From: a virus
Taxonomy: Duplodnaviria; Caudoviricetes
Length of the DNA: 64,000 nucleotides
Strand: one strand, 5' to 3'
IMG/VR virus record: IMGVR_UViG_3300035676_000001
Each line of letters opens with the position of its first letter. Positions within the stretch are counted from its first letter, which is position 1. The position numbers and the translations under genes were made by a program. Positions 28,341 to 36,674 of the stretch are shown in pieces. Below the pieces are notes generated by a model that was given only the letters and a program-made list of their open reading frames with translations, ran no database searches and was not told the origin of the DNA.

Positions 28341-30227
28341 CTAAACCTGCTGAATGGTTACAATCACTGAAGGAATTCCTGGAATATTTACTGGTATATC
28401 TCCACCAGGAGAAGAAATTGATGTGATTGGTTCAGTTCTAGTGAGTTGAACTTGAGTATCATCTACCATCCACATATACTCTACATAATCTCCAGCATTC
28501 ATATCAACAATAAAATTCCAAGCAGCAACTGTTTCGGCATTTGTTCCCTGAACAGCAACAACACTGGTTGTGTCTGGGATATTAATTCCATTTTTTCTCA
28601 ACCAAATCCATATATGTCCAGTAGCACCTGAAGGTTTATCTAACTGAACTGAAAACTGTGTATTATAAACTCCACCATAAGTAGAAGTAATCCTACTTTG
28701 ATTTGCTACACTAAATCCACTTTCATTAGCAATGCTACGCAAAAGCATCGGAGTTGATACACCAATTCCAGAGCAAGATTGTGATATTGTATCATAATAA
28801 GAACCATAGTATCTTGTAGCGGTTCCTAAACCAGTTGCATTGATTGTAACTGTTCCAATTCCATTCGTAGGAGAAATTGTAATTCCTGTTCCTGCAATAA
28901 TTTGATTAACAATTGTAGGTTTATTCAGAATGGATGAGATACCAGTAGTTGCATTCCAGTCACTATTGACTTGTGCTGCAGGAATTACTGGTTTGTTTAG
29001 AATAGATGTAACTCCAGTTACTGCATCCCAATTTGCATTTAATTGGGTAAAACTACCAGTACTACCAATACCTGTTGCGTTAATAGTAATGCGTCCAGTA
29101 TTTGCTGATATATCAATACCAGTTCCTGCAATCAGGTAAGTAACAATACCACTTAATGGGGCACCATTACCATAATAAGAAATCGCAGTTACAACTCCGA
29201 CACTCATTCCAAGATTTGAAGTATTTCCATATCCCAGAGTAACATCTAGGTTTTGTGGAAGATTTGCTCCTCCTCCACCACCACCTTCGCCGCCGCCACA
29301 CCCGGGTGCAAATTCTACCCATTGTGTGCTATCACCATCTGGATAATAAAGATATGGTTTACCTACTGTGCTATCCCACCAAAGTGGATAAATTATTGGG
29401 TCTACTGGAGGTGCATCACCAATAGTTAATCCAATTCCAGTAATAGTTACAATACCGACATGAGAAGAAACAAAAATATTTGGACCAGCATCGATGTAAG
29501 TTACAATACCACTTATGGTTGAACCATCATTTGAACCTATCCACTTATTAGTTATTTCATCATATTGTAGAAAGTAATTATCAGTCTTCGCACTATCTCT
29601 ATCAACATCATCCAAAAACTCAAGACGAGTTTCACCACCTCCACCTAATGTGGAAAGTTGTTGTTGAATACGATTAAGGAAAAGTTTATAATGCTTTTGA
29701 AGATCATCAAGAGTTGCAAAGTTTTGATCCAAAGGAGTTAATGGATCATTTTGCATCTTTACATTTGAAGGTTCCGAAAGAAGTCCTAATGACTTTTCAA
29801 TCAGGTCTTCTTTAGGTTCATTAAGATCTTCTAATTCTTCTTTATGATCCTCAAGAACCTCAAGAACTTCATCCAAAGAATTTTCAATTACATCATCAAT
29901 AATTTGTTCTTGTTCTTTGGCTGTCTCAGAATATAACCATTTTTCAAATGCCTTAACTGTTTTTTCTTCTTGTACTTTTTTCTTTTTAGTTTCCTTTTTT
30001 AAATTAACAACTTCTTCAAAAACAGAATCAAGAGTGATATCACCAATTAAAGATTCTTCTTTCTTTTTTTCTTCTACTTTTTTTTCTTTTTCTTTTTTCT
30101 TAAGCGTAGCAAATTCTTCAAAAAGAGAATCCAATCCCAAGTCACCGACTACAGAATCAAATTCTTCTTTTTTCTTTTTCTTATCTTCTGCTAATAATTT
30201 AAAAAAATCAGATAATTCAGAGGACAT
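28341..30227 (-). CDS. Chimeric fibre-like protein (charged N-terminus, NKP repeats, C1q/TNF-like C-terminus)
   Basis: K/E-rich coiled coil, duplicated WDAVTGVTSILNKP / WNATTGISSILNKP, and GVYNTQFSVQ...RKNG...MNAGDYVEY. Confidence 0.55.
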   Translation of the reverse strand: MSSELSDFFKLLAEDKKKKKEEFDSVVGDLGLDSLFEEFATLKKKEKEKKVEEKKKEESLIGDITLDSVFEEVVNLKKETKKKKVQEEKTVKAFEKWLYSETAKEQEQIIDDVIENSLDEVLEVLEDHKEELEDLNEPKEDLIEKSLGLLSEPSNVKMQNDPLTPLDQNFATLDDLQKHYKLFLNRIQQQLSTLGGGGETRLEFLDDVDRDSAKTDNYFLQYDEITNKWIGSNDGSTISGIVTYIDAGPNIFVSSHVGIVTITGIGLTIGDAPPVDPIIYPLWWDSTVGKPYLYYPDGDSTQWVEFAPGCGGGEGGGGGGANLPQNLDVTLGYGNTSNLGMSVGVVTAISYYGNGAPLSGIVTYLIAGTGIDISANTGRITINATGIGSTGSFTQLNANWDAVTGVTSILNKPVIPAAQVNSDWNATTGISSILNKPTIVNQIIAGTGITISPTNGIGTVTINATGLGTATRYYGSYYDTISQSCSGIGVSTPMLLRSIANESGFSVANQSRITSTYGGVYNTQFSVQLDKPSGATGHIWIWLRKNGINIPDTTSVVAVQGTNAETVAAWNFIVDMNAGDYVEYMWMVDDTQVQLTRTEPITSISSPGGDIPVNIPGIPSVIVTIQQV

Positions 30228-30228
30228 A

Positions 30229-31824
30229 TTAACAATTCCAAGCTCTCAGAGATTTATTGATTCTTGAATTTGGATCGTTTGCAGTTTTTGCTGAAGTCAA
30301 TTTCTTCTTCATACCACTCATACGAGCACAAAATGATTTTCTACGATTTGATGCCTTCGAACCCTTCTTTAATTTTGATGGGTCAGTTGTTACAGCAGTC
30401 TGTAACTTTGAACCAGGATTCTCTCTTCTATAAGATTCAACACCTTTTTTATTGAGACCACCAGATTCTCTTTTACCTTCTTTTCTCTGCCAAGCTGCAG
30501 ATGCTTCACTCATAAATTCCCCAAATGTCTTTAGGTCTGTAGAGTTTGCTAGTGGAAGTTGAATTCCTGATAATTTTCCTTTTGCCGCATTTCTTTCACC
30601 TTGAGTAGAACCTTGAGATGCAAGTTTTCTAATTTTATCTTGTCTCAATGCGTTTCTTGTATCTTGTGATGTGTGACCTACTTCAAAACTAATCTGTTCT
30701 TTTTGCATCTCACCACTATCTACATAGTCTGCTGCGGTATCAATGTAGTCTGCTGCCTTTGTAATCTTTGATTGAACCCAAGCTTCAATACTTCCCTCAC
30801 CTTTTTTTACTTTTTTCTTGAGTCTATTTGCTGCCTTAATAATAGTAGAAATTTCTGAGCGAGCCATCGAATACTCGTGATCGTATCCTTCATTAGCAGG
30901 GTGAACTTGTGCAATATCAAACTTCATTTGATTCGTAGTTAACATAGGTGGTGTTGAATATAATGCCCAGAACTTTGGACCATACTTGCATTCAGACTGA
31001 GTTTCGTCTTTTTTGCATTTTGGGCAATATCTTACCATTCCAGTTTCTTCTTTAACGGGAACGCAATTTGGAACCATTTTTTTACCCTTCTTTTTCATAC
31101 CCTCTTCCTTATAACCATCCCAACAATCTTCTGATTTTGTGCCCCAATTAGCAGCACCAACTTTACGACATTTGACAAGTGCTCCAGATGCATATGCACT
31201 AGGCCAAACATCATATCTTGATTTTACTTTATTGTAGCAAGCATCTTTTTTACCACTACCTTTGCCTGCTTTATCTTTTACTTCTTGGAGATCCATTTCT
31301 TCTGTTCTTACATTTGTTGGTTTTGAAGCACCAGTTTTTTCTGGTTGATTTGGGTCTAAACGATTTTTTCTTCTTCTTGCAGATTCTTCTTCGTCTTTAG
31401 AAAGTGTTCTTTTCATTTTAGAACTTCCACACTTTGGTGTAGAAGTTTGTCCAGGTTGACGAGCACAAGGTTTACCTGCCCATTTACCTCCAAGTTGAAC
31501 CCATCCTTTTTTTCCATCAGATGATTTGGATTTATTAAACCAATCGTGAAGACCTTCATCTCCAGACTTGGTTTCTTCCTTCACATCTTTAAATTTCTTA
31601 TGATGCTTTTTAGCATCTGCCTCCATTTTTTTCAAACGAGTATAATAGTCTGGAATTTCGTCTAAGTGTTGAAGAGCAATTTCTGTCGCCAACTTTTGAT
31701 TCTTGGTATGTTCGTGCTCAATTGGAGCACCCATATCAAGTTGCTTTTGGATAAACGAAACTTCAAGACGATGCTTTTTAGCAATCTCTTCCACAGTTTT
31801 GTATGGTTTCAATTGCTCATTCAT
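30229..31824 (-). CDS. Modular basic protein (DUF5661-like N-terminus, DUF6321-like C-terminus)
   Basis: IEHEHT...ALQHLDEIPDYY at the N-terminus and RRKSFCARMSGMK...RINKSLRAWNC at the C-terminus. TAAATA at 31849-31854 upstream. Confidence 0.6.
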   Translation of the reverse strand: MNEQLKPYKTVEEIAKKHRLEVSFIQKQLDMGAPIEHEHTKNQKLATEIALQHLDEIPDYYTRLKKMEADAKKHHKKFKDVKEETKSGDEGLHDWFNKSKSSDGKKGWVQLGGKWAGKPCARQPGQTSTPKCGSSKMKRTLSKDEEESARRRKNRLDPNQPEKTGASKPTNVRTEEMDLQEVKDKAGKGSGKKDACYNKVKSRYDVWPSAYASGALVKCRKVGAANWGTKSEDCWDGYKEEGMKKKGKKMVPNCVPVKEETGMVRYCPKCKKDETQSECKYGPKFWALYSTPPMLTTNQMKFDIAQVHPANEGYDHEYSMARSEISTIIKAANRLKKKVKKGEGSIEAWVQSKITKAADYIDTAADYVDSGEMQKEQISFEVGHTSQDTRNALRQDKIRKLASQGSTQGERNAAKGKLSGIQLPLANSTDLKTFGEFMSEASAAWQRKEGKRESGGLNKKGVESYRRENPGSKLQTAVTTDPSKLKKGSKASNRRKSFCARMSGMKKKLTSAKTANDPNSRINKSLRAWNC

Positions 31825-31837
31825 TGGTTAAAACTTA

Positions 31838-32260
31838 TTACTCTTTATTATTTAGAAAACCTTGTTTGAGTAATTTTGAGAGTTCTGAAGTTGACCCGAC
31901 AAATACTGCGTTATTAGTCACATTATTTGTGGTCTTAGTAGTATCATCTTCTACTTCTTTAAGTTTCTTTTGCAAATCAATTAATTTGTCTGTGGTATCT
32001 GCAACATTCTTAATTAACTGACCAGCAACCTCATATGCTCTTGGGGAACCACCTTCTCCGGCAAGTTCCATAATTCCATTAATTGCTTCCTGACCCTTTT
32101 CAATTAATGAATAAAGATTAGCGCGAGTATATTCGTAATCTTTTTTGATATCATCAGATTTTACTGGAAGAATATCAAGTTTTTCTGCAGATTTTTCCAC
32201 CTCAACAATACTACTTTCGATGTTGAGAGCATTATCCAAACCTTCATAATTATTTTTCAT
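31838..32260 (-). CDS. gp16: Terminase small subunit gp16
   Basis: DYEYTRANLY...PRAYEVAGQLIK...NNAVFVGSTSELSKLLK. Confidence 0.93.
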   Translation of the reverse strand: MKNNYEGLDNALNIESSIVEVEKSAEKLDILPVKSDDIKKDYEYTRANLYSLIEKGQEAINGIMELAGEGGSPRAYEVAGQLIKNVADTTDKLIDLQKKLKEVEDDTTKTTNNVTNNAVFVGSTSELSKLLKQGFLNNKE

Positions 32261-32266
32261 AATCTA

Positions 32267-33064
32267 TTAGATATCCTTTTGTTGTGTAGGGCTCCAAGTC
32301 TTGGAGTCATTGAAGAATTCCCAATTTTCGCTGAATCCAAAATCATCGTCTGGACCAGCATCAATTGGATCTGGTTCAACGGTATATCTCATTTCTCTCT
32401 TCGCAGTTGTTCTATTCGTATCAGCATAAACATCAACCTGAACCTTACGAATCAGACCCTCAGTGCTCTCTGCAATAGGACCAAACAGATAGGTTTTTGC
32501 TGTAAAATTGAAGGTATAAATCATAATTCTTCTTGTTGAAAAATCACCCTCATAATCATCGGTAAAGGAAACATTATCTAAAGTTATTGGAATATCTCTT
32601 TTTTCTCCGATTGAATCTACCAAATCTATAGACAAGGTAAATGCTGGTTGAAAATATGGAAGAATTTGCTCAACTACTTGAAGAGCATCATCTTGTAGTT
32701 TAGTCATCAAATTTAATTGAAATCCAATGTTGTAAGGAACTGGAAGATAGACCTTTTTTAGATTCGTTCCATCAGATGCTTTAAAGGTTTGAGTCACATT
32801 TGCCTTTCTTGTAGCATCATATTGAATTGATGTCATTTCAAATGATAGTCTTGGAAGAGTCATTGCGACTGGTTTATTTAACTCTGCCTGCTGTTCAATT
32901 CTTGCAAGAAACTTTTGAGTGGGACCATATGCCAAAGGAACTTTCATTTCACTGATGCTATCTCCAGTGGAGTCTTTATGTCTAATGTAAATATCATTAA
33001 ACAAAGTTCCGAATGAGATAACGGTTCTTCTAATAATTTCGTGATAAAAATAAGTCCCTAACAT
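32267..33064 (-). CDS. gp15: Tail sheath stabiliser / tail terminator gp15
   Basis: YFYHEIIRR...FGTLFN, VPLAYGPTQKFLARI, LPRLSFE and EQILPYFQP. Confidence 0.95.
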   Translation of the reverse strand: MLGTYFYHEIIRRTVISFGTLFNDIYIRHKDSTGDSISEMKVPLAYGPTQKFLARIEQQAELNKPVAMTLPRLSFEMTSIQYDATRKANVTQTFKASDGTNLKKVYLPVPYNIGFQLNLMTKLQDDALQVVEQILPYFQPAFTLSIDLVDSIGEKRDIPITLDNVSFTDDYEGDFSTRRIMIYTFNFTAKTYLFGPIAESTEGLIRKVQVDVYADTNRTTAKREMRYTVEPDPIDAGPDDDFGFSENWEFFNDSKTWSPTQQKDI

Positions 33065-34455
33065 TAATAAGTACCGAATGGATTTGACTGTGAAAAATCT
33101 ATAAAAGTATCTGCTTCGTTTTCTATTTCAATATTTTCACTGTATTTATCATAAAGATCCCAACGGTCATATGACTGGACAGAATAAATTGCATTTGATT
33201 CAGATCCAACAATATTTTCTCCAGGATAAAATCCTTTAGTGGCAGCATTATCAACGAAAGAAATTTTGAGAATCTTGGTATCCGCATCCCAAGATTTAAC
33301 TCTTGCAGTTGTTCCTGAATTTGATCCAGTAACGACTTCATTATATAAGTATGTACCCACTCCAACTAAAGTTGTTGGTGGTGCAATAGTAACTGTTGGG
33401 GCAACTGTATATCCTACTCCAGGATTTGCAATTCTGATAGAACTTATACTTTGTCCTAATCCTACAATAGGTTTTGCTACAGCAGTTTCTCCAGTTCCAA
33501 CAGATCCTGTAATGGTGACAATTGGTGAAGATACGTATCCAGTACCATTGGAAGTCACTACAAAATTGGAAATTCCATTTCTAATAGTTTCAATTGAACA
33601 AGTTGCTGCTGCACCAGAACCACCACCACCAGAAAATGTGATTGATGGTGCTATAGTGTATCCTGCTCCAGCATTTGTAAGTATGATAGATTCAATTGAA
33701 TATACACCTGCTCTAGATGTAGTTATCGCTACTGCAGATGCATTATATCCACCATATGGAGCAGATGTAATCGCAACCGTTGGAGTTGATGTATAATCAT
33801 ATCCATCATTATTTAAGAATATTTCTCGAATGTATCCAGTAGATATGATCGCATCTGCTGTGGCAACCGAACGTGAACTGATTAATTGTAGAGTTGTGAT
33901 ATATCCTTGGTCTTCAATTTGGGTATCAATTTCGTCTATCGTAGTATCAATAACCTCATCCTCATATTCGAAGAGTTCACATTTTAATTCATAAACGTAA
34001 AGTTTTCCTAATTGATAAAAATTAACCTCATGCTCAACAAACTTTACTTCAAATAATCTTTGCCCAAGTGGGAAATAAACTAAGTCACCCTCTCTAGGTC
34101 TGGATGATAATACAATTTCATTATCATCACTATCTTCTAAAAATGGAGAAATAAAGTCTTCAAATCTTTCTTTTGATATAATTATGCTTAGTTCGTCTTT
34201 TAAACTCATACCAAATTTGGTAAGAATATCACCCTGCCCACTGTATCCTTCAAAATTATTAATATATGCTTCAATTGCAAAATTATCATCAAACTTTGAT
34301 GATTGAATTTCTCTAAGAATAGATTGTTTCCTTACAAATTTTCTTGGGATGTAGATAACATCCACACCATAAATCTTTAACTGTTCATTAATTAGATCCT
34401 GAACGAGTCTTTGTTCACCGGGTGAACCTTGTAAGAAAAAGGGATTAAGTGCCAT
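33064..34455 (-). CDS. gp14: Neck protein gp14 with inserted Gly/Thr-rich beta modules
   Basis: NPFFLQGS...EQRLVQDLINE, RPREGDLVYFP, YELKCELFEY and a C-terminal IDFSQSNPFG. Confidence 0.92.
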   Translation of the reverse strand: MALNPFFLQGSPGEQRLVQDLINEQLKIYGVDVIYIPRKFVRKQSILREIQSSKFDDNFAIEAYINNFEGYSGQGDILTKFGMSLKDELSIIISKERFEDFISPFLEDSDDNEIVLSSRPREGDLVYFPLGQRLFEVKFVEHEVNFYQLGKLYVYELKCELFEYEDEVIDTTIDEIDTQIEDQGYITTLQLISSRSVATADAIISTGYIREIFLNNDGYDYTSTPTVAITSAPYGGYNASAVAITTSRAGVYSIESIILTNAGAGYTIAPSITFSGGGGSGAAATCSIETIRNGISNFVVTSNGTGYVSSPIVTITGSVGTGETAVAKPIVGLGQSISSIRIANPGVGYTVAPTVTIAPPTTLVGVGTYLYNEVVTGSNSGTTARVKSWDADTKILKISFVDNAATKGFYPGENIVGSESNAIYSVQSYDRWDLYDKYSENIEIENEADTFIDFSQSNPFGTY

Positions 34456-34457
34456 TA

Positions 34458-35300
34458 TTATCCAATAAAATCGTATGGTGGGAGTTCGTATTCTAAAGCC
34501 ATTCTTTGCTTCAGGTCTTCTAATTCTCTTTCAGCATCTTCATAGAGTTCTCTACCATTTAGTTCAATTCCTCCAGGAAGTTTTACTCCTCTAAATTTAA
34601 TCAAGTTCTGCCCCCACTGCCTTTTCATAAGAGCAGTTAAATATTTTTTAAGGAAACTGTCATTATAAACTTTAGTAAATTCTGTCGGATTTAAAATTCT
34701 ATAACAATCTATAATAATAAAGGTATCTTTATTCTGGGCATTCCAATCAATATCAAGATACATTCTATTCTGTCTCTTGTTAAATCTAATTTGTTTATCT
34801 GTGGTTAGAAGAAAATCAATATCTTCCAGATAACTCTTAACCATAGCATATTGTAAAAGTTCAACTGAGTTAAAGTAATATAAATCATTCAAAAACAGTT
34901 GATATTTAATACTAAACATTCCACCAGAAATGGAACTAGTGTCAAACTTAAATACCTTTTCAATTCCAATTACGGAATCTGGAACTTGAATAAAATTTGA
35001 AGATTCGTAGAAATTAAAACTAGTAGTTCCAATACCACTAATATTTGCTGTACCAGTTGTTGTTACAATACCAACACCATTTGTATTTTTTGCTCTTCCT
35101 CTGTTAATATCTTCGTCTGTAAGTTTGTACTTTAAGTACATTCTTTCAACACCATCAAAGTGTCTTTCTTGAAAGTACTGTAAAGCATCGTCAACCAAAT
35201 CATCAATTTGGTCATCATCTATATTGATTTCCAATACAGGAGCACCAAGTCTTCTAAGACAATAATCAATTAATTCTTGTCTACTTGCTGGCTTTGCCAT
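34458..35300 (-). CDS. gp13: Neck protein gp13
   Basis: YCLRRLGAPVLEIN, KRQWGQNLIKF and LPGGIELNG. Start trimmed to 35300. Confidence 0.95.
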   Translation of the reverse strand: MAKPASRQELIDYCLRRLGAPVLEINIDDDQIDDLVDDALQYFQERHFDGVERMYLKYKLTDEDINRGRAKNTNGVGIVTTTGTANISGIGTTSFNFYESSNFIQVPDSVIGIEKVFKFDTSSISGGMFSIKYQLFLNDLYYFNSVELLQYAMVKSYLEDIDFLLTTDKQIRFNKRQNRMYLDIDWNAQNKDTFIIIDCYRILNPTEFTKVYNDSFLKKYLTALMKRQWGQNLIKFRGVKLPGGIELNGRELYEDAERELEDLKQRMALEYELPPYDFIG

Positions 35301-35938
35301 TAGTACGAGCCTCCATCTATAGCATTTGACCAAGCTGGAACACCAGCATTATCTGTTGTCATTATATAGTTTGTATAATCAATCCCATTTTGTGGACTTG
35401 ATGTTGATATCAAAAGTCCGGAAGAATTGAAATATGCCATCCCATTTGTATAATATGGTCCATAATATAACCCACCAGAAATGGTTGCAATTCCAGATAT
35501 TATTGCATTTCTAGCGGTAAATTCATCAAATTTTAAATCATCACTAACATATAAATCACCATCAACATAAACATCATTTTTAAAAGTACTAATACCTACG
35601 AATGTAGATACCCCAGTTACATTTAAATTGAATAATGTTGCAATTCCAGATATTATTGCATTTCTAGCGGTAAATTCATCAAATTTTAAATCATCACCGA
35701 CGTACAGGTCGCCATCAATGTAAACATTACTTTTAAATGTGCTTACACCAACGAACGTTGATATTCCACTTACGTGTAAAGATGTAACTGATGCAATTCC
35801 ACCAATAACATTTTCTGCCGTTGTTGATCTTCCACCTGCAGATCCAGAAATGCTAGCAACAATTTTTACAGCATTTTGCTGTCCAACCCTAGTTTTTATT
35901 GCATTTTGTTGATCAACTTTGACTTTAATATCTGCCAT
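35300..35938 (-). CDS. Hypothetical virion protein with a 51-aa tandem duplication
   Basis: DGDLYV.DDLKFDEFTARNAIISGIAT occurs twice. C-terminal IDGGSY is typical of fibre-associated proteins. Confidence 0.6.
   Translation of the reverse strand: MADIKVKVDQQNAIKTRVGQQNAVKIVASISGSAGGRSTTAENVIGGIASVTSLHVSGISTFVGVSTFKSNVYIDGDLYVGDDLKFDEFTARNAIISGIATLFNLNVTGVSTFVGISTFKNDVYVDGDLYVSDDLKFDEFTARNAIISGIATISGGLYYGPYYTNGMAYFNSSGLLISTSSPQNGIDYTNYIMTTDNAGVPAWSNAIDGGSY
35484..35697. repeat. Two identical 61-nt direct repeats, period 153 nt
   Basis: gttgcaattccagatattattgcatttctagcggtaaattcatcaaattttaaatcatcac at 35484-35544 and 35637-35697. Confidence 0.9.
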
Positions 35939-36282
35939 TATCTGGTAACTCCTTCGGTTACTAGAACCATTCCTTCAATAACTCGGTTTTTAATTCCAAA
36001 ATCATCGGTAATCACAACATCATAAACATATCTACCGGGTTTAATAGTTGTTGTTTGGGCAGCAGTCAATCTAATCGTAATCTTTCCAGAAGATCCTGGA
36101 CTTTCAATGGATGCAGTAAAAGATGTTGCTGTAGAACTTCCTGCCCATTTTCTCATTTGAGCAGAAACAGTATAAAGTGTTAAATCGAATAATGAATTTG
36201 TATCTGTTCCTTCTAGAGTAAATGTTTGGCTAAAGTCACTGCCAGCATTCACTACTATATTATTAACATATACTGCAGCCAT
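35938..36282 (-). CDS. Hypothetical virion protein (single Ig-like domain)
   Basis: GSDFSQTF...AQMRK...GKITIRLTAAQT...GRYVYDV pattern. TATAAATA at 36305-36312 upstream. Confidence 0.6.
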   Translation of the reverse strand: MAAVYVNNIVVNAGSDFSQTFTLEGTDTNSLFDLTLYTVSAQMRKWAGSSTATSFTASIESPGSSGKITIRLTAAQTTTIKPGRYVYDVVITDDFGIKNRVIEGMVLVTEGVTR

Positions 36283-36307
36283 TTATTTTTTAAGCTCTAC
36301 TTTTTAT

Positions 36308-36484
36308 TTATATCCCCAAATCACCGAGAGAACTCATCACCTCTTGTTGCTTGAGATATAGTTTACAATATAATTTTGAAAATTTTTTAAGTTCTTCGTG
36401 ATCTAATTCATCGATTAATCGTGAATGTTTTTCAAATTCAAATAACTTATTAATTGTTTCCAATTCAATTTCATTTGGTTCCAT
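36308..36484 (-). CDS. nblA: NblA-like phycobilisome degradation adaptor (58 aa, not in ORF track)
   Basis: MEPNEIELETINKLFEFEKHSRLIDELDHEELKKFSKLYCKLYLKQQEVMSSLGDLGI. Two-helix pattern with L-x-T-I-x-x-x-FEF, resembling cyanobacterial NblA as I recall it. Confidence 0.65.
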   Translation of the reverse strand: MEPNEIELETINKLFEFEKHSRLIDELDHEELKKFSKLYCKLYLKQQEVMSSLGDLGI

Positions 36485-36674
36485 TAACTAACTCCTTAAG
36501 TAATAATTTTATTTCATCAATATCTTTTTTCATCTGATCTAATTCTCTTTTTTGAGTATCACGATTGTTTAAACTATTTACATATTGATTATAGGAGTAA
36601 TTATCACAATTGATAATTGCTCCTGTTTTTTCGTCACGATATAAGTTAGGATGCCCTTTAACTGGAATCATCAT
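36471..36674 (-). CDS. Small conserved hypothetical protein
   Basis: IPVKGHPNLYRDEKTGAIIN followed by a coiled coil. Overlaps the stop of the 2395-aa gene. Confidence 0.65.
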   Translation of the reverse strand: MMIPVKGHPNLYRDEKTGAIINCDNYSYNQYVNSLNNRDTQKRELDQMKKDIDEIKLLLKELVNGTK

